DNA of 63,290 bases, the filler included, from Octopus bimaculoides (Eukaryota), in assembly GCF_001194135.2 (NCBI RefSeq). It is 7 parts of 7 records of this genome, joined end to end, with 100 filler letters (N's around TTAATTAATTAA, not from the genome) between each part and the next. Parts side by side here need not be neighbours in the genome. Positions count along the whole stretch, not along the records: positions 1 to 8,724 come from NC_068983.1; positions 8,825 to 28,781 come from NC_069003.1; 5 more parts are not named here. One strand, given 5' to 3'. Shown here piece after piece: positions 1-12,479 of the stretch (position 1 is its first letter; each line of letters begins with the position of its first letter). The notes under the pieces are model-generated. The model made no database searches. It was not told where the DNA came from and saw only the letters and a list, made by a program, of their open reading frames with translations. A program made the position numbers and the translations under genes.

Positions 1-324
1 TATATATATATATATATATAGGTAGATAGATAGATACATGCATACATACATACATATATGCACACACATATCCACACACACACACACACACACACACACC
101 TATATATATATATATGTCCACATGAATCATCGATTTTGTTTGTGTACGTATATAGAAGTATAATACATATATACATGTATGCATATACATATATATATGT
201 ATATGTATGTATATAAATATGTCTGCGGGTATGTGTTTGTGAATTCTTACGCGTGAGTATGTGTAGATGTGTAGAAACCATATATCCAAGTCGAAGCTAG
301 ACAATAATTAATTACAAATATTTT

Positions 325-413
325 TCAATAGAATGCATCCAGTAATATCTTGAGTGATAACACACATATCAAGATATTTTGACGAATTTCATCTCCCTTG
401 TATCCAGTGAAAT
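325..413 (-). CDS. Candidate coding exon D (possibly terminal) of an unidentified long-intron host gene
   Basis: Polypyrimidine tract ttccttcttgtcatatctctcgtcttttattatctgtgctAG precedes 413. The phase-1 frame reads (D)FTGYKGDEIRQNILICVLSLKILLDAFY* (stop at 325-327) and is phase-compatible with exon 6583-6699. The true 3' boundary is uncertain. Confidence 0.4.
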
Positions 414-854
414 CTAGCACAGATAATAAAAGACGAGAGATATGACAAGAAGGAAAGTAGTCATGTAGGATATAATAAATTGCAGTCTTGATGCTGATAT
501 AAATTGTATATTTGGAAGGTTAAACTGATAACAAATAGATTTAGCAGCATGCAAGTAACAAGAATGATGTCCCAATTCAACGCTCGTAATTGTTAGCCGC
601 CATTTCAAAATAATTAATGCTTCATGGACAAATGTCCAGAGAGGAAGAGGTACTGTTCTATTGTAGCAAATTCTGGCCTGTTACCAAATAGTCTTCTACT
701 ATCCGTATCTCCTGCTCATTCTTATGCTGGTTATAATGTAATTTCAGTTTTCTTTCTTGTGTGATCGTGTTGAAATCTTCGAATTAATACATTTTCTAGC
801 ATTATCTCTCAAGGAAAGTAAAACGAATGCACCGATATAAAAGTTTTACCATAA

Positions 855-955
855 ATAACAATGACCTTGCTAATAACAACGATAATAACAGCAGCAGCAG
901 CAACAACAACGACAACAATAATAATTATAATAACAGTAATAATAATGATAATAAT
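855..955. repeat. (AAT/AAC/AGC)n microsatellite
   Basis: Direct reading of the sequence. Confidence 0.9.
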
Positions 956-956
956 A

Positions 957-2990
957 CAAACGAACGTAGATCTGTTAGCCTTAAGAAACAACGTTACGAG
1001 CCATGTTTATATGCAAAGAACTCGGAGGCGGCGTTGTCTCTCAAGACATTAACCCCAAACAAACACATATGTCCTCTAATGTCCAAGCTCATCATGCTTC
1101 AATGACAACAAAGCAAAATGCAAAACACAAACCGGATTAGTCGTCACCCGGAACACTGAGGACCACGATCTCAAATATTGAACCAGATTCGATTCAAGAA
1201 ATAAGTTACTGTTTCAAATCTCCCTTAAACACAGGAGCTGGAATTACCCCACAACCGGAATATTCCAACAGATGGCGATCCATACTCGTCATCAAATAAC
1301 AAAAAGAAAAAAAGAATGAAAAATTGTCTAGGGAGATAATAATGAACTTGTTACAGCCTTCTATCGTGCCATGTATTTTCCCACAATTAAATCTAATGCT
1401 GTACAAATCTACTTCAACTGGAGACAGAAACACCTTGAAGTAAGACCCTAAATAGACAGTTACAAACGTACCAATGTCAGAAGAAATATTATGAAAAAGA
1501 AATTGTTAACTGAATTAGAGATTGACCAAATTAAACAATCAGTAAGGGATAAAAGGAACGAGCTACAGCCACAGACGATACTACAGAGGAAATAATTAAG
1601 GACCAGCCCAGGGATGATGAAAATGCAATAACGACTGAAAGAGTGAATGTAATTGATAAGCAAAGTGAAATACTCTCTGAACCAACCATAAGCACTAAGG
1701 CAGATGAAAATCAAATAAATGAAGTCACACAGAAATTGACCCAACGGAACAAGATGATCGAAAACAATCAAATAATGATTGAATGGCTGAAAATTAAAGA
1801 AACCAGAATTAATGAACGCGACACTCTCCCAATCATTCGCATTTCTAACCAAAACCTGAAAATAATTGGTAAAATCCGCCTTGCATTCAAGGATATAATT
1901 TCAGCTAATGACGTTGATATTACAGATCTCAACCACCTGTAGTATACATCCGTGAAAATCGCAACGATTGCTTGTGGTGAAAAGATAACTCAAACAATTT
2001 TTAGAGGAAGATAGGGAAAATATCAGTTACAGTAACGTCTGTTCCATCAAAAGAAGTGCAAGAATTTTGGAATAAAATTTGTGCAGAAGGAAAAACACAC
2101 ATTGAAAAGGCCTCTTGGATCTTGGATTGAAACAATATCTACAGACTTAGACGCCTTAGAAGCGCAAACGTAGGGGATGTCAAGGTATAGAATGTAAGAT
2201 CTGCTCTCAAGAAGTCAAGCAAAGGGAAGTCTCTGGGAAAGGGTAAAATTTCTAACTTTTGGTTGAATGACTTCCCAGAGAGCCACGTACTGCTCACAAA
2301 ACTATGTTTTGCAGCAACCATGTAAGTTTCTCCCTTGTCTAGTTCATGGTGTAACATGCCCACTTCTAAAAAGAAGAAACAAATGAACCAAAAAATTATG
2401 GACCCATAACCTGCTTAACAACAATGTATAAAATACTAACAGCTGTCTTGATTGAATATAGCTATAGTTATTTAATAGAAAGTGGCATATTCCCTAATGA
2501 GCAAAAGGGATGTAAATGTGGATCTTATAGTTGTACAGATCAGCTACTCAGCAATAAAGATGATATTGGAAGATTGTCACAAACGACACAAAAACCTATC
2601 GATAGCCGGAATAGACTATAAAATAGCCTTTAGTAGTCTACCGCATAGCTGGATTCGGGAATGACTGGAAATTTATAAGATAGCACCTACTTCTTGTCTG
2701 TAAGTATAAGATCATGGAGAAACACACTGACTTTGGACAGTGACAATGAATCTCATAATGCTGGAGATGTAAGAATTTGTTTGAGATGCAAGATGGTTTG
2801 TTAAGATAGTGGTACATTTGAAGTACTGCATCTACAGAAAACAGTCAAGCTTGAAACTGCACGAATCCTCCGCAAATTTCTTAAAATCTAATAGGAGACA
2901 GTTCAATGACTGTGAAAAGCTAACGTTTTGTCACCCTCTCCAGCGACGCCGCTCTGTTAAACGAAATAATAATAATAATAGTAATAATAC
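957..2990 (+). mobile_element. Degenerate R4/Dong-like non-LTR retrotransposon with both ends and a large internal deletion
   Basis: Starts right after (AAT/AAC)n. N-terminal block ELVTAFYRAMYFP..YFNWRQKH..NVRRNIMKKKLLTELEIDQIK. RT motifs MYKILTAVL..NEQKGCK..TDQLL and IDYKIAFSSLPHSWI. It then jumps to the C-terminus LQKTVKLETARILRKFLKI* (~2831-2892), a short 3' UTR and an (AAT)n tail. Many stops and frameshifts. Confidence 0.8.
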
Positions 2991-3251
2991 TAAGCTAATA
3001 AATTTAGTGGGGAGACCAACTATATTCCTCAAACTCTGTACTTCACTAATACATTATTTTATCGATCACATAAAGGTGAAAGACAATGATTACTGCGTCG
3101 TATTCGAATTCACAATTTGAATACACAAAGCATTTTATCTGGCTTGTAGCCTCCACTGCTATATAAAATACTGGATTTAAATTTCGAGGGAAAAAAAGAG
3201 GCAAAGACCCGTGCAAATAAAAGAGTGTTTCGCAGTATAACTGCTATGCAT

Positions 3252-3570
3252 GAGGCGCGTGGTTTAGTGGTTAATTCATGATCGTAGGATCGTGAGTTTG
3301 ATTCCCGGAGACATGTTGTGTCCTTGAGCAAGACACTTTATTTCACTTTCATTTGCTCCAGTCCACTCAGTTGGCAAAAATGAGCAGTACCTGTATTTCA
3401 AAGGGCCGGCCTTGTCATGCTATGTGTCATGCTAAATCTCCCTCAGAATTACGCTATGAGTACACGTGACTGTGGAATAGCTCAGTCACTTGCACGTTAA
3501 TTACATGAGCAGGATGTTCCGTTGACCGTATCAGCTGGGGCCCTCGTCGTCGTAACCGACGGAGTGCTTC
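3252..3570 (+). mobile_element. tRNA-headed SINE (CORE-like body, tail type A)
   Basis: Pol III A/B-box-like head, body ttgtgtccttgagcaagacacttt and tail ending cgtcgtaaccgacggagtgc, which is shared with 10058-10380 and 24403-24790. Confidence 0.8.
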
Positions 3571-3574
3571 TTTA

Positions 3575-5615
3575 ACTATACATGGTACGAAGATAGTGCA
3601 GAACAAACTTAAGAATCAGCTGCAAAGAAATTGTACGATTTAGAACAGAGGCTTACACGTTGCTTAAAAGGGGAAAAGGTCAAAATGCTAAAGTAAGTGT
3701 ATAAAATATTAGAGTACAACAGAGATTCTTCAGAGAGAGGGTGAAAGAAAACATTTCTAACAGATGAACTGCGGAAAAGAAAATTAAGCGAATGGTGCGC
3801 CAAAACTCTAAACAGCAAGAATCATTTGTTTAGGTTCTTTGAACAACAGAGTTATGAAGTGGGCGGGAATGAGTATTTAATGCAAAATGGAATATAAAAG
3901 GATACAGAAGAGAAAGTGGGAAAAGACAGTTAAAACATATTTAATCTGAAAGCTTCTGGGCGTGGTGTTGTTCAAGAATTCTGGTCTAAATGCCTCACGA
4001 GTATGGACAGAGATATTCTACTATTTTTAATAGAAGAGAGTACGATAATGGGAAAATGAATGATTAGCTTACTTTCCTTTGCTCTGGAGATTGTCAGCTG
4101 CTTTCAGTGAATATGAAAAAGAACAGTTGTTTTATTGTACATCAGTATCATCATCCCATGCAAAGTACGAATAAAAAAAAAAGGAACTAGATTTCACCTT
4201 TGGTAGATTACCAGAAATCATCAAATAATTTACGACACCATTAGCTTTTGGTGATCTAGAAAGAACTCGGTGTCATTTAGAAAATTTAAGTTCTTTATAG
4301 AAAGCAATGAGATCATGGGATGCCGAATGGAATCATTGTCAAAGGTGAAAATACGAACGAAAATATTTCAAAGAGGCCCTCTTTCCCCATTACGATATAT
4401 AATTGCATTCATTTATCAATGAAAAGCATTGAGAAGTTTCACACCTTCTTATGAATTTACAAAGAACGGGGAAAAAATAAATCACCTGCCGTATACACCA
4501 AAACTTCAAAAGAGCTGGGGTCTCTGATCCAAAGAGTAATGATATTTAACAATATTTGTCCGCAGTCTAAGTGAATGAATGTGCAATTTTAATTACGAAG
4601 ATACGGAGAAAGGTTAAATCTGATAGAATTAAAGTACTATTAGACTGTTGGGAGATATTAAACGATGATAACGTAAAGGAAAGAGAAAAAATAATGTTTT
4701 ACAGAAGTATTAGGAACCTGTTCTAAGCAAAATTAAACATTATAAAGTTAGTCAATATATGACTTGCCATAAGTGAAATAATTTGCTCATTTGCGAAAAT
4801 GGATAGGGACAGAGCTACAGGTATTAGAACTAGAATCATACTCACATTGCATAGAGTGCGCAACATTAAAAGTAATTTTGACAGGTTCCAGGGTTAGAAA
4901 GAAGACGCACAAGGCATTATCAGTATTCAAATAATAAGCTTGAAAAACTACGTAGTGCATTGTGATGAAAAACTATTTTCTCCCTGTTCTTTGCAAAATA
5001 TCACTGAAGCAGTGAATGAATTCAATAACATAAATGAGAATAATAGAACAAGTAACAGAAAAATAAGGAAATACATGAACAGTTAAAGTAAAACATCGAG
5101 AATATTCTAAGTGAAAGTGATTACAGCCAATCAGAAGCGATCCAATATCATGAATTTTGCAAAAGCAAGCGGTGATAAAACTCGCTCAGAACGCAAACGC
5201 ATGATACGTGAAAATTATACTAAATTATTAACTGTCACCTAAAGGAATTCAGTAAAGTACCACAAAAGAGTAAAAGTGCAGCCACAACTGTGTCGGTAAA
5301 AGGATGCGTTCGGATGTTCGTCAAGGGATGGAAAAATGGTGTGAACAAGATCTGGAGAATAATGAAAATTGATAGTTAATGGATAGTATGAGATTTTTCA
5401 TCATGGGAACTAATCATTCCAGTGATGCAAACGGATATACTCGTAGATGACAGAAGACAGAAAAAGATCGTAAAATTTGTAATACCATGTAATAGTAGTA
5501 GAGATATATTTAAAAAATTGAAGAAATTAGAGGTACTACAAACTACACAGAGATCGCAAGAGATTGAGGAAGACATAGGTAAAAATTGTTCCTGTGGTAA
5601 CTGCTGCATGTTGCA
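3575..5615 (+). mobile_element. Degenerate 5'-truncated R4/Dong-like element (RT plus RLE remnants)
   Basis: KASGRGVVQEFWSKCLTSM resembles KAPGPDG..FW.K. Downstream RT remnants follow, then RLE-like QTDILVDDRRQKKIVKFVIPC and, frameshifted, VKIVPVVTAA. Confidence 0.7.
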
Positions 5616-6361
5616 CATTACCAGTATTCCTGCTACACGTCTTACATTTTTTAATCTTTTGGCTTTTCTTCACAAAATTTTGCAGACATTTGCTACTCTT
5701 CATCAACCTCGCTTTTGTTGTCTGCCTTGAGACTGGAAAAGACTAGTGTTACTGTGACCGAGTGCTCATTTGCCATTTGTATCTACGTGTGTCTGAATAT
5801 TGGGAGTGTGTTATTTCATGGCTCGCTACTTCAAATGAGAAGGCACTTACATTTACCGATAGAGAATGTTGAAATTGCTTTTGTTGTTCATGATATCGAG
5901 CATGGAACACGTTTAGCTAAGTTTTCCTTCTACATCTGTAACAGCTGCATCGTTTGCCTTTCAGACATAGTTTTAACATCTTCCTCTTTACACACTTGAC
6001 AGCGCCCAGTTCTGGTAGTTTTTAATGTGTTGCGGTGTTATTAGAACATCAATATCAACGGATCATACACGACCATATATCACTAAATGTTACATCTACA
6101 TTTACCACCTGCCGTATAGAGGCAGGGCTCGATGTCACCAGCTATGTCCCGAAGGTGACTCTTGGATTTCTCTTTCTCCAAGGGCACATAACAAGCATAT
6201 AGGAAGATGTTTCACATAATGTTAGAATTTAAGATTTCGCCCCGTCTTCTACGTTCAAAATGTTACGTAATGCGTCATACGGCTTCTCTCTATTAATGAA
6301 AGATATTTCATATAAGGTAACTTCTCTAGATATCGTGAATTGGGGTGTGGATGTATCACAA

Positions 6362-6572
6362 TATGAGGGTGAGGGGACAAAAGTTCCGGGCTTTGAGTAA
6401 AAGAAAATACGGAAGGATCAGATAATTATGATTGCATGCAACAAATTCTCCTCTCAGCCTCACAAACTTATTGCAGGTTTTTTTAAGCCCTCTAAAACCA
6501 CCGGAATTTTGGGTCTCCAACCAGGCTTTTCGCAACACCTTTAAAAACAAAACTTTTCAGTTCACCTTCATA
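6362..6572 (-). mobile_element. Mariner-derived MITE, both TIRs, TA target
   Basis: TA-TGAGGGTGAGGGGACAAAAGTT at the left and AACTTTTCAGTTCACCTTCA-TA at the right. The internal sequence resembles the end of a mariner transposase (NKFVRLRGEFV). Confidence 0.75.
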
Positions 6573-6582
6573 TTTGTTGTAC

Positions 6583-6699
6583 CTTCTGCTAGATCGACAT
6601 ATTGATTTAGGTCTAGCAAGTCGGTAAACAATTGCTGGACAAATTTTCGTTCCGTCCAGAAAAGATTCGGTTGTGGAGGTTTTCCCTGTCGAAGCAACG
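6583..6699 (-). CDS. Candidate internal coding exon C (117 bp, phase 1-1)
   Basis: Acceptor tctatttttctAG and donor GAAG|GTACAA. The frame reads (A)LLRQGKPPQPNLFWTERKFVQQLFTDLLDLNQYVDLAE. Non-repetitive sequence. Confidence 0.5.
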
Positions 6700-7593
6700 C
6701 TAGAAAAATAGAGTTTCGGTATCTCGCAATTACGCCCAAAGCGGTGCAGTTTTACACAATCTAAGTCCCAATATCCTCGATAACCAAAATAAATAAGTTT
6801 TCTGGGCATTTTCTTCCACATTTGTAAGGCCCAAAATATCCAAAAAAAATTACTCAAACCTGTTTGTTAATGATCAAAGTTCCCCTATTACTATTATGTA
6901 TGTATATATGACATTAGATTACGTAGAAGCAAAAAAAACTATGCAATAATGGAATGATATGCATTAGCTTCCGGCTATCTTTTCTATAAGATGAAATCCA
7001 TTCAAAAAATCTGAAAAAGCTATAAGGTGATGTCACAAAGACTCAACTCTATGCGCACTGCACCTTATTGCAGAAACAGCTGCACGCTAAAGACATTCAT
7101 TCCATAATTTCCAGATCCTTTGTAATTTATTTCACTTTACATCATGCCTCTGTACAGACTAAGACTTTGTTCAGGAGCAAGTGTATACTGAGCTCTAACA
7201 CAAGGTAATTAGCATTGCCATGTCTAAGGGAAATACACACAGGCATATACATATATATANNNNNNNNNNNNNNNNNNNNNNNNNNNNNNNNNNNNNNNNN
7301 NNNNNNNNNNNNNNNAATCATAATGTTTATGTAGTGACAGTCGTGTCCTACAACTGGAGATCGTTGCTCTTGTTTCTGAAGAAGGCCAGATCATCAGCTT
7401 TACACTTAATAGGTCCTCAGGGACTTTATTAGGCCAATTAGGTGAGAGTAGTGGCACCCGGTTGGCCTCTTGCTTTCCGTGTTTCCCTCCAAACGGAACA
7501 CCTCATACTGTATTCCTCTGAATGCTCGTAATTCCGAGCGGTATTTTATATACATATACATATAGATAGATTCATAGAAAGAGATAAATATCG

Positions 7594-7698
<105 letters not shown>

Positions 7699-8768
7699 TC
7701 TGTAATATATGAGTGTGTGTGTGTATGTGTGTATACGAGCGCGTGTATGTGTGGCGTGGATGATAGTCATGCGCACACATTCACTTCTAATAAGTAAAAA
7801 TTGAGTATTTGTGTCCTATATCTGGTGAACTTTTGATAGCAAGAATCTTGCGTAAATTTCTAGGCGGAACCACGTCTAAAGAAATAAACAAATTTTATGC
7901 GTTATAGGTTTTGTGGATAAGAATCGGTTACAAGAGTTTATGACCAGTTCTTTTGATTGAAAACGCTTTCGTATGTTTAACATGGACGATACAAAATGTT
8001 CTGAGATATAAAATATTCCATTTTGGGGAAGAGCACATAAATGTAAAAATCAAATAACGATCTAGCATGCAACCAGTCGATCTTATATTCAGTCGATAGT
8101 TCTTGAAATTTATCTATGAAACAAAGACACATCGTGTAGACATTTTACATCAGAATATTAAACTGAATCAATAAATATGCTTGTCTATGTATCAATCCAA
8201 TACTGAAATATTTCAGAACAAAATATTTTCAATAATATAAATATTTCATAAAAAATAAAGAAGACAAAAGATGGCTACTAGCTGAGAAATATTATATAAT
8301 ATGATTGACATAATTTGCTGTTAGGAGGGAATATATTCACACAATCAGAAACAAGAAAATTATAAAAAGAGAAACATATTATATAAAATGTGTAACTTAG
8401 TTAAAAATGTGAATTTCGATATTTGACAAAGAAAGAGATGAACGATTGTAGGAAATGTAAAAATATTCTAGCGGCCTTAATTTCAGCATTAACTTGAGAC
8501 TAGATCATGCTAACGAGAACTGTTTATGAAAATGACAAATGCGCCAGAAAAATTAGCAAAATCTACCATAGATCATACCTACTGTCCAATGAGAGAAAGA
8601 TACAGTGAATACTGCTTAAGGCTGTCAGATTACAACGTATATATTATTTTTAATACATACATACATATATAATACACACACAAACATACATATCTCCAAA
8701 TCCAAACGGATATATATATATATANNNNNNNNNNNNNNNNNNNNNNNNNNNNNNNNNNNNNNNNNNNN

Positions 8769-8780
8769 TTAATTAATTAA
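8769..8780. other. Artificial six-frame-stop linker TTAATTAATTAA in a 44N+12+44N gap (also 28826, 45900, 57785, 60769, 62099)
   Basis: The same palindromic 12-mer sits centred in 100-bp gaps and has TAA in all frames on both strands. Confidence 0.95.
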
Positions 8781-9652
8781 NNNNNNNNNNNNNNNNNNNN
8801 NNNNNNNNNNNNNNNNNNNNNNNNATTATCGAAAATAAATTCTATTAAAAAATACAGCTAATCGTCAGGTCTAAATACAACAATAATAATAATAAATAAA
8901 TGTATATATCAACCAACAATAAGTACCAAATTAATTTAGATAAAATACTTATTTTATAAAGATAGAAAAATTATTAAAAATATCAAAATAATAAACATTC
9001 CATAATCATCCCTACATCCATATAATATATGCTAACGTGTATATTATATACAAAAAACCAGCTTACATAAATTATTATCGTTTTAAATACAATTTGAACG
9101 AAGTTTAAGGTTAAAATAATAATAAAGATAATATTAGTACATATTTAACCGGTGTAATAGTTAAAGCTAGACTATTTAAAACTAAAAACGTTTATTTAAT
9201 TATCATTAAAAATCAATTGAATAATAGAAAAATACAAGAATACTTATTTCTACAAACGTAGAAATAAAAATAAAAATAAAAATATGAATGAAAAAATTAA
9301 GAATGAAAAAAATTATTAAGAATGAACGATTAAACTTTATATATCCTAAGTTTAAAAAAAAACCTTTAACGATATTATAAACAATAAAGACTAATTATTA
9401 ATCAAATATTGCTAATCAAAAATAATCGAAAATATATCAACACTATTCAAATCGAAGTCTTATATTATGTTGAAATAATACTCTAACTTCTAAATAATTT
9501 AGTGTTAAATAAGTTATCTATTAAAAATAATAATCTTTAAAAAAAAACCAAATGAATAATGTAAGAAACAAGAATACATATTATTTTCAAATGGCAGAAA
9601 ATCATTTAGCAAAGTAAAAACAGAACTTATCCATATTTTTCCGTAATTCAAA

Positions 9653-9822
9653 CTTTGTCCCCCCCTCAACATCGCTTGACAACCGATGCTGGTGTGTTTA
9701 CGTCCTCGTAATAAGTACTAGGCTTACAAAGAATAAGTCCTGGGGTCGATTTGCTCGACTAAAGGCGGTGCTCCAGCATGGCAGCAGTCAAATGACTGAA
9801 ACAAATAAAAGAATAAAATAAT
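9653..9822 (+). mobile_element. Short interspersed repeat type E with an (AAAAGAAT)-like tail
   Basis: aagtactaggcttacaaagaataagtcctggggtcgatt..ggcggtgctccagcatgg..aaatgactgaaac is shared with 13469-13580, 16827-16990 and 19738-19815. Confidence 0.8.
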
Positions 9823-9841
9823 ATATATACATACATATATA

Positions 9842-10045
9842 CAGCAACCCCTCAATTATCGCGACAGGTGAAAATCCGCGAAGTAGAAACAGTACTGTAC
9901 TGCATATTTTTTTTTTAATAATTTGTATATATTTATTTTATTATAAATGCAAAACAACACCACGGAGGAATCGACGTAAGCTTAAATAATAAACCGCAAT
10001 AAGTGAACCGCGATCGGTGAACCGCGATATGACAAGGGATTACTG
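9842..10045. mobile_element. pogo/Tigger-like MITE with TA TSD
   Basis: TA-CAGCAACCCCTCAATTATCGCG at the left and CGCGATATGACAAGGGATTACTG-TA at the right are imperfect inverted repeats. Confidence 0.8.
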
Positions 10046-10057
10046 TACTATATACAA

Positions 10058-10380
10058 CTGGCACTCCGTCGGTTAGGGCGACGTGTGTTCCAGTTCATCC
10101 GATCAACGGGACAGCCAGCAAATGAAATTAATATGTAAGTGGCTGAGCTACAACAGACTCGCGTATCCTTGACATAGTTCACATGGAGATTCAGCGTAGT
10201 ACAGAATGCGACAAGGCTAGCCTTTTGAAATACAGACACGACTCAATTTCGCCAGCGGAGTGAACTGGAACAACGTGAAATAAAGAATCTGGCTCAAGGA
10301 CACGATGCGCTGCTGGGTATCGAACTCACAACCTTACGGAGGTGAGCCAAATACCATTAACCATCGAGCTACACGCCTTC
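10058..10380 (-). mobile_element. tRNA-headed SINE (tail type A), diverged
   Basis: The reverse complement aligns end to end with 3252-3570. Confidence 0.8.
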
Positions 10381-10489
10381 ATGCATGTATTTATGTATGT
10401 GTTTATACATACAAGTGTATGTATATACTATATACATACATTCATACACACACACACACATACACACACGTATATATGGGTGTGTGGAT

Positions 10490-10650
10490 AGACGCAGGCT
10501 TGGCTGTGTGATAAGATGTTTGCTTCACAAGCACATGGTTCCGGGTTCAGCCCCACAGTGTGACACCTTAGGCAAATGGCTTTACATTAAGAGGCCCAAA
10601 GCCTTGTGAATGGATTTGATAGATGGAAACTGAAAGAAACCCGTTGTATA
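10490..10650 (+). mobile_element. tRNA-headed SINE (type D)
   Basis: Head ..ggctgtgtgataag..ggttcagcccc, CORE-like caccttaggcaa and tail ggaaactgaaagaaacccgttgtata. A reverse-strand head fragment of the same family is at 11231-11295. Confidence 0.7.
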
Positions 10651-10654
10651 TATA

Positions 10655-10742
10655 TTACATCGACCCCAGTACGTAACTGGTACTTTATTTATCGACCCCG
10701 AAAGGATGAAAGGCAAAGTCGACCTCGGCGGAATTTGAACTC
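10655..10742 (-). mobile_element. SINE type C fragment
   Basis: Contains gtcgactttgcctttcatcctttcggggtcgataaataaagtacc on the minus strand. Confidence 0.75.
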
Positions 10743-11334
10743 TGTGTGTCCTACCGCTTGACAACAAGTGTTGGGGTGTTTACGTCCTCGAATGTTNNNN
10801 NNNNNNNNNNNNNNNNNNNNNNNNNNNNNNNNNNNNNNNNNNNNNNNNNNNNNNNNNNNNNNNNNNNNNNNNNNNNNNNNNNNNNNNNNNNNNNNNNNNN
10901 NNNNNNNNNNNNNNNNNNNNNNNNNNNNNNNNNNNNNNNNNNNNNNNNNNNNNNNNNNNNNNNNNNNNNNNNNNNNNNNNNNNNNNNNNNNNNNNNNNNN
11001 NNNNNNNNNNNNNNNNNNNNNNNNNNNNNNNNNNNNNNNNNNNNNNNNNNNNNNNNNNNNNNNNNNNNNNNNNNNNNNNNNNNNNNNNNNNNNNNNNNNN
11101 NNNNNNNNNNNNNNNNNNNNNNNNNNNNNNNNNNNNNNNNNNNNNNNNNNNNNNNNNNNNNNNNNNNNNNNNNNNNNNNNNNNNNNNNNNNNNNNNNNNN
11201 NNNNNNNNNNNNNNNNNNNNNNNNNNNNNNCAAGGTGCCACGCAGTGGGACTTAACCCGAAACCATGTCGTTGGGAAGCTTCTTACTACACACCCACTCC
11301 TATATATATATATGAGATCGGGACCGGGACAGAT

Positions 11335-11345
11335 ATGTGTGTGCG

Positions 11346-11387
<42 letters not shown>

Positions 11388-11538
11388 CGTGCGTGCGTGT
11401 GTGTGTGTGTGTGTGTGTGTGCGTGTGTATACATATATGTATACACAGATAGATAAATAAATAGATATATAAATAGATAGATAGATAGATAGATAGATAG
11501 ATGGATAGACAGACAGATAGATAGATAGATAGATAGAC

Positions 11539-11581
<43 letters not shown>

Positions 11582-11602
11582 CAGACAGATAGATAGATAG
11601 AT

Positions 11603-11647
<45 letters not shown>

Positions 11648-11648
11648 C
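11335..11648. repeat. (GT)n followed by (GATA)n microsatellites
   Basis: Direct reading of the sequence. Confidence 0.95.
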
Positions 11649-12084
11649 AAATTGAAGATTACGGTGTATGAAATTATGTAAACAAGAAATGAAGTGAAAT
11701 GAGCCCCGAATATTGCGATGGCGGCCGTCGTTAGTTATGGTGGAATTGTTGAAATATTTGGCATTGCCAGAATTCTGGAATCTTTGGAAAATAGCACCAT
11801 GTGAGATAGGAGCGGGATGGGGGCTTCTGGTTCTAATAACGCCTTTGCGCACGCGCGTGTGTATGCGCATGTGTGTATGTGTATTGTGTGTGTGTGAAGT
11901 TTTAAAGTTAGAGCAGTTAGTTCGGCATATTTGCGCAGCCCACTTCAGTTTTGGCGTGATAGGAGCTTATATAATTCTACAAACACTTGCGCGCCCGCGT
12001 ACACACACACCCATGCTTGTGTATGTTTCTGTGTGTGCATATATATATATGTATAAAAGGGTTTGTATGATAGTGTATAGAGAA

Positions 12085-12442
12085 ATATATTATTCAAAGG
12101 AATTCCAACTCTGTCTGTTTTTTATGTTTTATTTATATTCTTATAATATTAATGTAAGATATAGAATATATAGTAAATATAGTATATATATATAGTAAAA
12201 TGAAATGAGGTATTGAAGTTGAAACATTCCTGTCGCAACCCGGGACCTTGAAGATTGCTTAAATGCAAGAAACTATACTAGTCCTTTAATATTTGATATT
12301 TAATATTCAATATTCCATTTATTCAATAAGACAGTCAATACTTCATTACATTTTACTATATATACTATATATACTATATCCTACGTTAACATTATAAGAA
12401 TATAAATAAAACAAAAAAATAGACAGAGTTGGAATTCCTTTG

Positions 12443-12452
<10 letters not shown>
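12085..12452. repeat. Long inverted repeat (fold-back/MITE-like): arms ~12085-12208 and ~12342-12452
   Basis: tattattcaaaggaattccaactctgtct..gtaaaatgaaatg is the reverse complement, with few mismatches, of ttcattacattttac..agacagagttggaattcctttgaataata. Confidence 0.9.

Positions 12453-12479
<27 letters not shown>

Noticed and set aside
414-608. ORF ending in a hydrophobic FLLVISLVFYYLC*, and an HCN-like NWDIILVTCMLLNL in another frame
   Set aside because: The hydrophobic tail is explained by the polypyrimidine tract and TAG acceptor of exon 325-413. The channel-like frame has several stops and wrong spacing.
7372-7440. CTGAAGAAGGCC hammerhead-like word
   Set aside because: No downstream GAAA or complementary stems.
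8000-8420. Possible L1/Tx1 endonuclease remnant (PVDLIFS, AVRREYI)
   Set aside because: Too few and too degraded motifs to support a call.
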